This document shows positions 11,285-21,025 of a stretch of DNA of 52,988 nt, one piece after another. A program made the position numbers and the translations under genes. Position 1 is the first letter of the stretch; each line of letters opens with the position of its first letter. The DNA is from Thermoanaerobaculia bacterium. Lineage in GTDB: Bacteria > Acidobacteriota > Thermoanaerobaculia > Gp7-AA8. Location of the stretch: positions 1-52,988 of the forward strand of contig DASYUK010000484.1 of assembly GCA_036001325.1 (NCBI GenBank), read 5' to 3'. A model generated the notes under the pieces. It had not been told where the DNA came from, did no database searches, and saw nothing but the letters and a program-made list of their open reading frames with translations.

Positions 11285-13156
11285 ATGAACAAAGTCATCG
11301 TCCGGGCTCCGGTGCGCGCCGATCTCGCCGGAGGCACTCTCGACCTTTGGCCGCTGTATCTCTTCCATCCCGGCTCGCGGACGGTCAACGTCGCGGTCTC
11401 ACACTACGCGGAGTGCGAGGTTGCCGAGACCGGCGACGGCGCGATCGAGATTCACCTCACCGATCAGCAGTATCGCCAACGATACGAATCGATGCAGGAG
11501 CTTTCGGCGGATCCGAAAGCAGCGTTGATCTATCGGCTCGTCGAGCACTTCCATCTCAACGGGCTCTCCATCACCACTCGCACCGACGCTCCGCGCGGCT
11601 CGGGCCTCGGCGGTTCATCGGCGCTGAGCATCACGCTGGTGCGCGCTCTGTCGGAGCTGGCCGGCGCACCGCTGGACGGAGAAGATCTCATCTTTCTCGT
11701 CCGCGACCTCGAGACCCGGCTCCTCGGCGTCCCCGCTGGAATTCAGGATTATTACCCGCCGGTCTTCGGCGGTCTGGCCTCGCTGCGACTCGAGCCGGGC
11801 GCGCCGAAGCGACATCCGATCGGCATCCCGATTACCGATCTCGCGGCGCACATGCTGCTGCATTACAGCGGCGTCGCCCATTTCTCAGGCACGAACAACT
11901 GGGAGATGTACAAGCGCCAGATCGAAGGCAAGAAGAAAGTGCAGCGCGGATTCGACCGGATCGCGCAGACGTCGATCGACATGGAGAAGGCGCTCGAAGC
12001 GGGCGACTTCAAGAAGGCCGGAAAAGCGCTGGCGAAGGAGTGGGAACAGCGCAAAGTGCTGATCGCCGGCATCTCGACGCCGGAGATCGATGCGGCGATC
12101 GATGTCGCTCTCACCGCGGGGGCGTGGGGCGGGAAGGTGTGCGGGGCGGGGGGCGGGGGATGCATCGTCTTTCTCTTTCCGCCCGAGCAGCGTGACGCGA
12201 TCGTGCAGGCGCTCGGCACTGTCCCGGGTCGCGTTCTCGATGCAGTGCCGGTTGCGCACGGCCTCACGATCCAGCGTGGCGATGAAGCGCAAGCTGCCAT
12301 CACAACCGCTCGCGGGCGCGCGCCCGTCGCGCATCGCGATGGAGAGGTCGAGCAGCTCTATGTTCACAGCGATCGCGGCGAGTACAAGCCGTTCATCCTC
12401 GCTGAGGCTGTGGTGACGCACGTGGATGGCCGGAGTGGCACGCATCACAGCGTCGTCCGATCGTACGCGGCGCCAATCGAAGACATCGACGGCCGCGTGT
12501 TGTGGCATCTGGCGCGCGTCGTCGATCCGAATCGACTCGATCTGCGCACGGTACGCGATCCGGTGCGGCGAGTGGCCTCGAGCATCCGCGCGGAGACAGT
12601 CGTGCAGAGCGCGATGGAGTCGGAGGAATCGTTCCGTACGTTCCTCGAAGAGAACGAGCGGTTGCGCATCTTTCACGATCCGGCGTTCGCGTTGTACTCC
12701 GAGCCCGGCGAATCACGCGAGGCATTTCTGGAGCGTTGTACGGAGGAGGCGAATCGGCGCCTGGCCGTGGAGACCGAGCGGCTGGAGAGCACGTTCCGAC
12801 GTCGCATCGATCAGCTCCGCGAAAAGTCCGAGCGCGAACAGCGCGAGCGCGTCAAGGGCGACGAGACTCCGGCCGATCGCGCCGCGCAGGATGTGAACGT
12901 CGCCTGGGGTCAGGCGCTCTACAACATCACCAGCGGACGGCCGGCGGCCGTCGCGGAAGCGACACAATCCGCGCGCGAGGTCGACTATCTCGAGAACATC
13001 GCCCAGGTGCAGCGCGCCTGGGACAAGGAGCTGCAGGCGATCCGTGACGATCTGATGGCGAAGGCGAGTGAAGTCGAAGAGATTTCCATCGTGCCGTCGC
13101 CGAAGAACATCGAGATCACGCGATACCTCGTGCTGTGGGCGGGCGCGCAACCGTAG
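11285..13156 (+). CDS. GHMP kinase (heptose-7-phosphate kinase/HddA-like) with ~290 aa C-terminal extension
   Basis: RAPVRADLAGG, PRGSGLGGSS, GIQDYY and GGKVCGAGGGG motifs in the first ~330 aa; the reading frame stays open into an unrelated helical domain. Confidence 0.88.
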   Translation: MNKVIVRAPVRADLAGGTLDLWPLYLFHPGSRTVNVAVSHYAECEVAETGDGAIEIHLTDQQYRQRYESMQELSADPKAALIYRLVEHFHLNGLSITTRTDAPRGSGLGGSSALSITLVRALSELAGAPLDGEDLIFLVRDLETRLLGVPAGIQDYYPPVFGGLASLRLEPGAPKRHPIGIPITDLAAHMLLHYSGVAHFSGTNNWEMYKRQIEGKKKVQRGFDRIAQTSIDMEKALEAGDFKKAGKALAKEWEQRKVLIAGISTPEIDAAIDVALTAGAWGGKVCGAGGGGCIVFLFPPEQRDAIVQALGTVPGRVLDAVPVAHGLTIQRGDEAQAAITTARGRAPVAHRDGEVEQLYVHSDRGEYKPFILAEAVVTHVDGRSGTHHSVVRSYAAPIEDIDGRVLWHLARVVDPNRLDLRTVRDPVRRVASSIRAETVVQSAMESEESFRTFLEENERLRIFHDPAFALYSEPGESREAFLERCTEEANRRLAVETERLESTFRRRIDQLREKSEREQRERVKGDETPADRAAQDVNVAWGQALYNITSGRPAAVAEATQSAREVDYLENIAQVQRAWDKELQAIRDDLMAKASEVEEISIVPSPKNIEITRYLVLWAGAQP

Positions 13157-13191
13157 GCTCGGAATGATGGGGCGGTGCGTTCCCGTTAGCG

Positions 13192-13200
13192 TGCTAGCAT
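13192..13200 (+). promoter_or_regulatory. Candidate extended -10 promoter for tRNA-Pro
   Basis: TG-C-TAGCAT ending 16 nt before the tRNA 5' end. Confidence 0.4.
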
Positions 13201-13215
13201 CACCCACCACCGAGT

Positions 13216-13292
13216 CGGGCAGTAGCGCAGCCTGGTAGCGTACCTGAATGGGGTTCAGGTGGTCGCGGGTTCAAATCCCGCCTGCCCGACCA
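13216..13292 (+). tRNA. tRNA-Pro (GGG)
   Basis: Acceptor stem CGGGCAG/CTGCCCG, D arm TAGCGCAGCCTGGTAGCG, anticodon stem CCTGA/TCAGG with loop ATGGGGT, GGTTCAAATCC T arm, encoded CCA. Confidence 0.96.
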
Positions 13293-13317
13293 ATTTCGAA
13301 CTGCCGAGCCCTCACAC

Positions 13318-13620
13318 ATGGAACAGCAACCGCCAACACCGCAAACGATCCGCATCGAGCTGGACGACCAGACCGCGCAGGGCCAGTACGTCAACTTCGC
13401 GAATATCATTCATTCACCGAGTGAGTTCGTGATCGACCTGGGACGCATCGTTCCAGGGCGCACCGATGTGAAGGTGTACAGCCGCGTGATCATGACGCCG
13501 CTGCACGCCAAACAGCTCCTCGAAGCGCTGGCGCAGAACATCTCGCTGTTCGAGCAAAAGTTCGGCGAGATCCGCGTCGACGCCGCGACGCAGTACGCGG
13601 TGGACGAGAAAAGCAATTAG
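13318..13620 (+). CDS. DUF3467 family protein
   Basis: GQYVNFANIIHSPSEFVIDLG...SRVIMTPLHAKQLLEALAQNISLFEQKFGEI is the pattern typical of DUF3467. Confidence 0.8.
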   Translation: MEQQPPTPQTIRIELDDQTAQGQYVNFANIIHSPSEFVIDLGRIVPGRTDVKVYSRVIMTPLHAKQLLEALAQNISLFEQKFGEIRVDAATQYAVDEKSN

Positions 13621-13621
13621 G

Positions 13622-13700
13622 TAACAGGTCGTGGGTCGTAGGTGCCGTGGGCCTCAGCGCCATAAGGCCCCCGGTACCTACGACCTACGACCTACGACCC
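13622..13700. repeat. Palindromic intergenic repeat with tandem heptamer arms (family A)
   Basis: GGTCGTG/GGTCGTA left arm and ACCTACG x3 right arm. Shares 18-nt and 26-nt exact blocks with 28772-28864. Confidence 0.88.
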
Positions 13701-13703
13701 AAC

Positions 13704-15041
13704 ATGGCACGTATCAAAATCATTGGCGCCGGCTTGGCCGGATCCGAGTGCGCATTCCAACTCGCGCGCAATGGCCACGCGGTCGATCTGTTCGAGATGC
13801 GGCCGGTGAAGATGACTCCGGCACATCACACATCGAACCTCGCGGAGCTGGTGTGTTCGAACTCGTTCCGCTCATCCGCAATCACCAACGCCGTCGGACT
13901 GCTGAAACACGAGATGTCGCTCCTCGGATCGCTCGTCATCCGCTGCGCGGAAGAAGCGCGCGTTCCGGCGGGTGATGCGTTTGCGGTCGACCGTGAACGC
14001 TTTGCCGCGACCGTCACACAGACGATCGCGACCCAAAGTGGCATCACGACTCGCCGCGAAGAAGTGGCCTCACTCGATCGCGACGGCTACGACTTCATCG
14101 TCGTGGCCACGGGACCGCTGACATCACAGCCGCTGTTCGAGACGATCAACGACTTTCTCGGGCGCGACGGTCTGTATTTCTACGACGCCATCGCGCCCAT
14201 TCTCGCCGCCGACTCGCTGGACATGTCGAAGCTGTACTGGAAGTCGCGCTACGGAAAAGGCTCCGGCACCGACTATCTGAACGCTCCGATGAATCGCGAG
14301 CAATACGAGGCGTTCGTCAACGCATTGCTCGGCGCCGAGCTCTATCCGTTACACGACTTCGAGAACGCTGTGCACTTCGAAGGTTGCCTGCCGATCGAAG
14401 AAATCGCGAGCCGCGGCATCGATACGCTGCGCTTCGGTCCGATGAAACCGGTCGGCCTCGAGCATCCCGTGAGCGGCGAACGTCCCTACGCCGTCGTGCA
14501 GCTTCGCAAGGAAGATCTCTCCGACGAGTACTTGAACATCGTCGGCTTCCAGACGAAGATGAAAGTTCCCGAGCAAAAGCGCGTCATTCAGACGATCCCC
14601 GGTCTCGAGAACTGCACCTTTACGCGCTTTGGATCGATGCACCGCAACACCTTCATCAACGGACCGCGTCATCTCACGCCGGCATTTCAGACGAAGCGCG
14701 ACCCGCACATTTTCTTCGCCGGTCAGGTGACCGGTGTCGAAGGCTACGTCGAGTCGGCAGCCGTCGGTCTTCTCGTGGCGCGGTACATCGATGAGATGGC
14801 CAGCGGTGAATCGCCCAAGCCGCTGCCTTATCACACCGCGCTTGGCGCCCTCGGTCGTCATGTCGCCGAGTCCTCGCCCGATCGTTATCAACCATCCAAC
14901 GTCACCTGGGCGCTGATCGAAGACGCGATCGGAAAAGTAAAAAAGAGCGAGAAACGCGACAAGCAGGTCAAGCTGGCGATCGAGACCGTTGGCGCGCTCA
15001 GCGGCGCGATCCCACGACAGCACGCAACTGCCGCATCTTGA
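13704..15041 (+). CDS. trmFO: Methylenetetrahydrofolate--tRNA-(uracil-5-)-methyltransferase TrmFO
   Basis: IIGAGLAGSE, AELVCSNSF, FYDAIAP, FEGCLPIE, FGPMKPVGL, VQLRKE, FGSMHRNTF and AGQVTGVEGYVES motifs. Start ATG 13704. Confidence 0.96.
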   Translation: MARIKIIGAGLAGSECAFQLARNGHAVDLFEMRPVKMTPAHHTSNLAELVCSNSFRSSAITNAVGLLKHEMSLLGSLVIRCAEEARVPAGDAFAVDRERFAATVTQTIATQSGITTRREEVASLDRDGYDFIVVATGPLTSQPLFETINDFLGRDGLYFYDAIAPILAADSLDMSKLYWKSRYGKGSGTDYLNAPMNREQYEAFVNALLGAELYPLHDFENAVHFEGCLPIEEIASRGIDTLRFGPMKPVGLEHPVSGERPYAVVQLRKEDLSDEYLNIVGFQTKMKVPEQKRVIQTIPGLENCTFTRFGSMHRNTFINGPRHLTPAFQTKRDPHIFFAGQVTGVEGYVESAAVGLLVARYIDEMASGESPKPLPYHTALGALGRHVAESSPDRYQPSNVTWALIEDAIGKVKKSEKRDKQVKLAIETVGALSGAIPRQHATAAS

Positions 15042-16833
15042 GGTCGAGCTCTTCCGGCGTGATGTTCGCGTACTTCGGAGGCAAAAGTCGCCGGCTGGAG
15101 GCTTCGAAGACGGCGAGGAGCTCCATGTACTCGAGCAACTCGACGTCGCGGCTCGGGAAGTAATCGGCGGCGGCGCGGATGAACCGATCGGCGCTGACGC
15201 TCGCAGCTTCGTCGCGCGCGGCGTCATCCAGAGCCATCAACACGACCGCTTCGACGTCGGCGTTGCTGTAGCCGACCAGCTTCTGTGAAAACGCTTCGCG
15301 AATCGATGTGAAGTCGACGTCGGTGCTGATCTTGTTCTTTCTGACCAGCGCTCGGGCGACGTTCTCCACCTCTTGCGGAGTCTGCGAGTAGAGGAACGGG
15401 ATCTTCCGGTCGAGGCGTCCGGCGCGCTTGAGGTCGACGTCAAGCTTGTCGGGCCGGTTCGTCATCACGAGGAACAGAATCCGTCCGCGGTTGGACGTGT
15501 CGGACATGAACTCCTTGATCCGCGCGATCACTCGCGACGACGTCCCGCCGTCGCCCTCCGCATCGGTGTTTCCGAACGCGCGATCGCCTTCGTCGATGAT
15601 GACCACGACCTGACCGATGGCGCGGATCACATTGAGAATCTTCTCGAGATTCCCTTCCGTCGCTCCCACCCACTTCGATCGGAAGTTCTTGAGCTTGATT
15701 GTCGTCAGACCGCATTCGCGCGCGAACGCCTCGGCGACAAACGTCTTCCCGGTCCCCATCGGACCGGTGAAGAGAATGCCCATGGGGACGCGCGCGCTCT
15801 GACCGTCGCGGATGCTCTTCGCGATGACCATGAGGTCCTTCTTGACCTCGTCCATCCCACCGACGACGTCGAAGCCGTGCTGGGGCTCGACAAACTCGAT
15901 CAGGCCGAAGCATTCGCGCTCGAGAATCTCGCGCTTCCGTCGCGCGATGAGCGTGTCGATCTCCTGCCGAGCGCGCTCGGAGCGATCGATGTTCTCTGGA
16001 ATCGGACGCGCACCGGGCGCGAGCAACTTCGTGATCTCATCCTCATTCAATCCTGCCGTCAGCGCGGCCAACTTCTTCGCGCGTTGCGCGGCGTCGGGTC
16101 CGGCGAGCAGCCGCGCAATGAACGACTCCCGTTCGCGCGATTCCTCCTCCGTGGCTGGCGGCGGCGTGAGGATGGAGATGATCTGAATGGCCTTGAGTCC
16201 CGCGGTCACTTCCGCGTATCGCTCCGTCTCCTGATCGGAAAGCCGTTTGTCCGCAAGATGTGCGGCTGCTTTGCGCGCGTCCGCGTCGGGCATCGGTATC
16301 TCCACCACGGCCACTTTCGGATTCGAGACGAGCTTTCCGGCGAGCTCGGTCAGGTTCTCGGAGATGAGGACGACGACGTTGTCGCTGCGCTCGATCTCCG
16401 GCAGGAACGACCAGCGATGCAGTGTCACGATCGCGGCGCGATCAGCCTCACTCTGAAAATTCGGATCACCTGCGGGGGCGATCGCCTCCGCGTACTCCAG
16501 GACCACGGCCGTCCTCGTTCCGCCGATGAGCATCCGCTCGATTGCGCCGAGGACGCGCGGCTTCTCGGTGGAAAGGAGAAGCTCGTCGAGATTGCTCACG
16601 CCGTTGTTGCGTTTCGCGAAGCGCACACCGGCCGCGACGTTGTAGATAGCCACGGTGTCCTTGGTCTCCTTGAGGAGAACATGGGCCAGAAAATCGCTGA
16701 GCGTCACCGTCTGATTGCCGCTGATCACCGAGTCATACACGTTGCCATGCAAGACAAAGATCGATGCTTCGCCGCGCAGATAGCGTCTCCGCAGATCCTC
16801 GGCCCAGACCGGAAGGATTCGCGGCTCACTCAC
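14998..16833 (-). CDS. Classical-clade AAA+ ATPase (degenerate N-terminal AAA-like domain plus one intact AAA domain)
   Basis: Walker A GPMGTGKT, pore loop SKWVG, Walker B IIDEGD and [21 protein letters not shown]. The N-terminal ~200 aa has no Walker A. Confidence 0.9.
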   Translation of the reverse strand: MSEPRILPVWAEDLRRRYLRGEASIFVLHGNVYDSVISGNQTVTLSDFLAHVLLKETKDTVAIYNVAAGVRFAKRNNGVSNLDELLLSTEKPRVLGAIERMLIGGTRTAVVLEYAEAIAPAGDPNFQSEADRAAIVTLHRWSFLPEIERSDNVVVLISENLTELAGKLVSNPKVAVVEIPMPDADARKAAAHLADKRLSDQETERYAEVTAGLKAIQIISILTPPPATEEESRERESFIARLLAGPDAAQRAKKLAALTAGLNEDEITKLLAPGARPIPENIDRSERARQEIDTLIARRKREILERECFGLIEFVEPQHGFDVVGGMDEVKKDLMVIAKSIRDGQSARVPMGILFTGPMGTGKTFVAEAFARECGLTTIKLKNFRSKWVGATEGNLEKILNVIRAIGQVVVIIDEGDRAFGNTDAEGDGGTSSRVIARIKEFMSDTSNRGRILFLVMTNRPDKLDVDLKRAGRLDRKIPFLYSQTPQEVENVARALVRKNKISTDVDFTSIREAFSQKLVGYSNADVEAVVLMALDDAARDEAASVSADRFIRAAADYFPSRDVELLEYMELLAVFEASSRRLLPPKYANITPEELDLKMRQLRAVVGSRR

Positions 16834-17666
16834 GCTCTCACCTCCAGCGCGTTGAGGATTCTCTCCGTATCTCGCGCGGTCTCCTGAATCGATTGCACGC
16901 CGTCCAGCAGATCGTCGAGCTGACCCGACAGCTCACCGGGCGACTGCATCGTCACGATCTGATCGGAGATGAGCTGGAACGAGTTCTCGATGAGATCGAG
17001 CTGCCCACGAGCGACGCTGAGGTAGTTGCGGATGTCGCGCAACTTCTCGAGCCGCTTCTCGATCACCGCCACATTCTTCTTGGCGATCTCGCGCTCCTGC
17101 GCAGGCGTCCGATCCGACGCGGCTTTGGCCTGCCAACGGGCGCGGTCCTTCTCCAGTGTGTTGAAATCGACGCTCTTCAGGTATTGGTCGTATCGGTTGC
17201 ACGTCAGAGCCATCTCCAGGAAGGAATCGACGAGTTGCCGCGTCTTCACCAGCTCGCTGCGCAGGAGGTCGCCTGTGAAGGAGGGATTCTGGGCGGCCAG
17301 ACGATTGATGTTCTGTTCACGCATGACGAGAGTGCTCACGCGCCGTTGTTCCTCGACCGGCATGTCTTTCATCCGCTCCGACCGTTCCAGATCTTCGAGA
17401 GCGACCCGCATCTTCTCGAACTTAGGGTCCCATACAGTGCGGCGGAGGAATTTCGAGTCGGGAGCGTGCAGGAGCCAGATGGCTTCGCCGCCGAGTGCGA
17501 GCATCGCCGGAATCGGATTCACAGTCAGCACCGACGCGGCGATCCCGCCGAGAAGCAACGACAGGTTGTACGGATTCGCGAAGGCCATTTTCAGATACGG
17601 CCGCTGCCCGACACCGTCGCCGATGTCCCTCGGACCGAGCGGGCGCGGCTTTTCGGAGATACCCAC
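16830..17666 (-). CDS. Hypothetical membrane-anchored coiled-coil protein
   Basis: Hydrophobic hairpin (YNLSLLLGGIAASVLTVNPIPAMLALGG), then long helical E/K/R-rich segments; coupled to the AAA gene by a GTGA overlap. Confidence 0.8.
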   Translation of the reverse strand: MGISEKPRPLGPRDIGDGVGQRPYLKMAFANPYNLSLLLGGIAASVLTVNPIPAMLALGGEAIWLLHAPDSKFLRRTVWDPKFEKMRVALEDLERSERMKDMPVEEQRRVSTLVMREQNINRLAAQNPSFTGDLLRSELVKTRQLVDSFLEMALTCNRYDQYLKSVDFNTLEKDRARWQAKAASDRTPAQEREIAKKNVAVIEKRLEKLRDIRNYLSVARGQLDLIENSFQLISDQIVTMQSPGELSGQLDDLLDGVQSIQETARDTERILNALEVRA

Positions 17667-17675
17667 GGTGAAATT

Positions 17676-18548
17676 CTACGCAGCGGGAGCGTAGATGAGG
17701 TCGAGAAGCTTTTTCTCGACCGAACGGAATTCGTTCGACGACTTCAGGGCAATATCACGCGAGGTGAAGAACGGTATGTCGACGCGATGCAGTATCCGCG
17801 TCGGCCGTGGCGACAGAACATAGACCGTGTCACCGAGATAGACGGCCTCCGACACATCGTGCGTTACGAAGAGGATCGTGTTGTCCTCCGAGCGTGAGAT
17901 GTCGAGAAGGAGGCTCTGCATCCCCCAGCGCGTCTGCGGATCCAACGCCCCGAACGGCTCGTCCATCAGCACCAGCTTGGGCCCGTTGATCAACGTCCGC
18001 GCGATCGCGACGCGCTGCTTCATCCCGCCGGAAAGATCCTTTGGATAGCGATCGGCGAAGTCGCCCAGGCCGACCTGCTGGAGGTACTTCTCCGATTTCT
18101 TTTCGCGTTCGCTCCGCGTCACGCCACGCAGCTTCAGACCATATTCGACATTCTGCCGCACCGTCAGCCAGGCGAAGGAGGTGTATGCCTGAAAGACCAT
18201 GCCGCGTTCGCGGCTGACGCCGGTCACGGGCTCATCCTCGACAAGAATCTCGCCGCGCGTCGGCGGCAGCAGCCCGGCCACCGATTTCAGGATGGTCGAT
18301 TTGCCGCAGCCCGACGGCCCGAGGAACACCACGATCTCACCGCAATCGGGCTTGTCCGCGATGTCCAGCGTGATCTCGCGCACCGCCTCGGTGCGGTTAC
18401 CGCGCCGGTCGATGTACGTCACACCGAGATCGTTGATGCGCAGCTTCGGCGTCTGCTCGGTCGGTTTGGCGACATAGCTCGGCTGTGGTCCTTTCGGTTG
18501 TTCCGCGTCGATGGCGATCGTGCCGGGCTCGCCGGTCTTATTCGTCAT
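17676..18548 (-). CDS. ABC transporter ATP-binding protein, NitT/TauT family
   Basis: GPSGCGKST, MVFQ, LSGGMKQR, LMDEPFGALD and FVTHDVSEA motifs. Confidence 0.95.
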   Translation of the reverse strand: MTNKTGEPGTIAIDAEQPKGPQPSYVAKPTEQTPKLRINDLGVTYIDRRGNRTEAVREITLDIADKPDCGEIVVFLGPSGCGKSTILKSVAGLLPPTRGEILVEDEPVTGVSRERGMVFQAYTSFAWLTVRQNVEYGLKLRGVTRSEREKKSEKYLQQVGLGDFADRYPKDLSGGMKQRVAIARTLINGPKLVLMDEPFGALDPQTRWGMQSLLLDISRSEDNTILFVTHDVSEAVYLGDTVYVLSPRPTRILHRVDIPFFTSRDIALKSSNEFRSVEKKLLDLIYAPAA

Positions 18549-19354
18549 ATCTCGGCCTCACGCCAGCGGAAGAAGATTTTCGACAGCGTGCGGATGATCT
18601 GATCGGTGAGCAAACCGATACCACCGATGACGATGAGTCCAGCGAACGACCACGACGCCTTCTGATGCGTGCGCGCCAACTCGACCATGTACCCGAGGCC
18701 GTGCTCAGGGTTCACTGCCTCGGCGAGGATCACGTAAGTCCACGAGATCGCGTTCATAACGCGGAACGAGTCGAAAATCTCCGGCAGCGCCGCCGGCAGG
18801 AGAACGGTTCGGATGACCTGCCATTTTGAAGCTCCGAGCGTCAGCGCCGTCTGCACCAGCTCCTCCGGAACCACCCGGATCGCCGAGACGACGACCGGCA
18901 GCAGATAGACGAAGACGCCGAGAAATAGGAAGGCGATCTTCTGCTTCTCGTAGATGCCGAACCAGAGGATGAGCAGCGGGATGAATGCGGAGATCGGCAT
19001 GTAGCGCAGCGGCGCCATGATCGGATCGAAAATGTGATGAACGGGCGTGAAGGCTCCCATGATGATCCCGAGCGGCAGCGCCAGCGCGCTTGCCAGCAGG
19101 AAAGCGAGCACGATACGACGCGTGGAAACGATGATCGCGTCCATCAGGTCGTACTGAATGAAAAGCTGGAGCGTTCCGCGGATCGTCTCGGTCGGCGACG
19201 GAAGAAAGTCGGGCGGAGCAAAACCGCCGTACGTCAACACGCACCAGATCACGAGGACGAGCACGGGCATGACGAACGACAGCACGAACGCTGTGCTGCG
19301 CGGCACCGGCTGCCGGATCGACCACAGCGACGCCGTTCTCCCCTGTTGGGCCAT
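18545..19354 (-). CDS. ABC transporter permease, NitT/TauT family
   Basis: Multiple TM helices, FLPSP, PLRYMP and the EAA-loop region ALTLGASKWQVIRTVLLPAALP. Confidence 0.93.
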   Translation of the reverse strand: MAQQGRTASLWSIRQPVPRSTAFVLSFVMPVLVLVIWCVLTYGGFAPPDFLPSPTETIRGTLQLFIQYDLMDAIIVSTRRIVLAFLLASALALPLGIIMGAFTPVHHIFDPIMAPLRYMPISAFIPLLILWFGIYEKQKIAFLFLGVFVYLLPVVVSAIRVVPEELVQTALTLGASKWQVIRTVLLPAALPEIFDSFRVMNAISWTYVILAEAVNPEHGLGYMVELARTHQKASWSFAGLIVIGGIGLLTDQIIRTLSKIFFRWREAEI

Positions 19355-20988
19355 TAATGTGTCGTGAGCACGACCTTGATCTCGGTCCGGCGGTTCAGTT
19401 GACGGCCCGCTTCGGTGGCGTTATCGGCCACAGGGTTGGTCGAGCCGCGGCCGATGGTCTGGAACCGGTTGGCGTCGATGTTCGGAAAAGTCTGCACGAT
19501 GTAGTTCTTCACTGCCAGCGCGCGCCGCTCCGACAGCACCATGTTCCGTTGAGGAGTGCCGATCGCGTCGGTGTTTCCTTCGACTCGCAGATACGTGTTG
19601 CCGAACGATGTCATCGTGTCACCGAGGGCATCGAGGACGAAGAACGAGCCGGGCATGATCGAATCGCTTCCTGGCGTGAAGTGAATCTCGATCTGCTTGT
19701 TGATGATGGCGCGGTCGGATTTGGAAGGCGTCTTCGCCGCGAGCTTCGGCTCTTCGACTTTCTGCCCCGGGTACTGCGCAGCGAGCGAGGAGAGGAACCG
19801 CGTGTCCGCCCAATCCTTCGCGTCGACCGAGCGGGTCACGAGCCCTTTCTTCCGCCAGATCACGAAGGCCGTGTCGAAGAGCGTCTCGTAGTGCGCCTTT
19901 CCGCCGGTGAGTCCGTAGAACTGCGCGTTGTCGGCGTACGGGGTCAGTTTCAGACCGGAGAGCATGCCCGACACTGTGTCACTGTCGAGTTTCAGCGCTT
20001 TGCCGACGATCGCATACGAGCTGGCCGGATCCTTCTTCATCATTTCGATGCCCTGGAACCAGCCGTGGATGAAATTGCGGATCGTACCGGGCGCGCGATC
20101 GATCACGTCCTGCCGCGCGCACAGCGTGTCGGCGATGATGTTGGTCGCCGCGGTCGTTGAGATCAGCACGTGTGCTTCATCTCCTCGGGCCGTCACGGCG
20201 CCGGAAAGATCAGGCTCCCAGGTGACCGCCGCGTCGACCTGACGTGCTTTGAACATGGCCGCGGCCGCGGGCGCGTCCTGCGTGAAGATGATGTTTTTTT
20301 CCACGCCGGCGCGATCCTCCGGCGAAAGGCCGGACTGCGCGAGGAGGTAGAGCAGGAGGAAATGTGACGGCGTGAACTGCGTGCAGGCGATCTTGTGCCC
20401 TTTCAGGTCCTCGATCGCTTTCATCGAAGCGAGCGACACGATGCCGTCGCCCCCCCGCGACCAGTCCTGCATGACGACCGACTTCGCGCGCTGATTCTGT
20501 TCGGCCAGCACCGAGGCTTCCCGCGCCCAGTTGTCGACCGTGTTCCACATGACGTCGACGTCGCCATTGCGGAACGCGGCCAGCTTTGCCGCCGGATCCT
20601 CGATCAGGACGAACTTCACGTCCATGCCGAGCTGTCTGCGGTAATTCGAGCCGGCGTTCGGCTCCAGACCGTTGTTGTAGACGATGCCGGGCGAGTGGCC
20701 AGCCCAGGTGTTGATAGCCACGACGAGCGGCCGATCGAGAGAGCCGCTGCCGCCGAGGTTCACAGGCTGTACGCCGTTGGCGCCAGCGTCGCGACTGGGA
20801 TCGGCCGGTGCGTTCTTGAGTGCCGAGAAGTCGCTCGATGAGACTTCGCTGGAGCCTTGCCTCGCTTGTTTCTCGCCGCCAACGGCCCACTTCCGTACGT
20901 CCGCCCCCTTGTAGTGATAAACGGCATAGCCGACGACGGCCAGTACGACGACAGTGATGAAGAATTTTGCGAATGGAGTCAACCGCAT
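19354..20988 (-). CDS. Membrane-anchored ABC substrate-binding protein (NMT1/SsuA-like) fused to an OmpA-like C-terminal domain
   Basis: N-terminal TM; binding-domain motifs DWSRGGDGIV and DAAVTWEP; C-terminal IHFTPGS...RVEGNTD...LSERRALAVKNY...NRRTEI OmpA signature. Confidence 0.88.
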   Translation of the reverse strand: MRLTPFAKFFITVVVLAVVGYAVYHYKGADVRKWAVGGEKQARQGSSEVSSSDFSALKNAPADPSRDAGANGVQPVNLGGSGSLDRPLVVAINTWAGHSPGIVYNNGLEPNAGSNYRRQLGMDVKFVLIEDPAAKLAAFRNGDVDVMWNTVDNWAREASVLAEQNQRAKSVVMQDWSRGGDGIVSLASMKAIEDLKGHKIACTQFTPSHFLLLYLLAQSGLSPEDRAGVEKNIIFTQDAPAAAAMFKARQVDAAVTWEPDLSGAVTARGDEAHVLISTTAATNIIADTLCARQDVIDRAPGTIRNFIHGWFQGIEMMKKDPASSYAIVGKALKLDSDTVSGMLSGLKLTPYADNAQFYGLTGGKAHYETLFDTAFVIWRKKGLVTRSVDAKDWADTRFLSSLAAQYPGQKVEEPKLAAKTPSKSDRAIINKQIEIHFTPGSDSIMPGSFFVLDALGDTMTSFGNTYLRVEGNTDAIGTPQRNMVLSERRALAVKNYIVQTFPNIDANRFQTIGRGSTNPVADNATEAGRQLNRRTEIKVVLTTH

Positions 20989-21025
20989 TGGACACCTCTC
21001 TCGTCGCCCGGAGATGCGGAGACGG

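Noticed and set aside
13622-13700. Short tandem repeats (also at 1204 and 28772) as a CRISPR array
   Set aside because: The units are 7-mers without unique spacers, arranged as inverted arms; no cas genes in the window.
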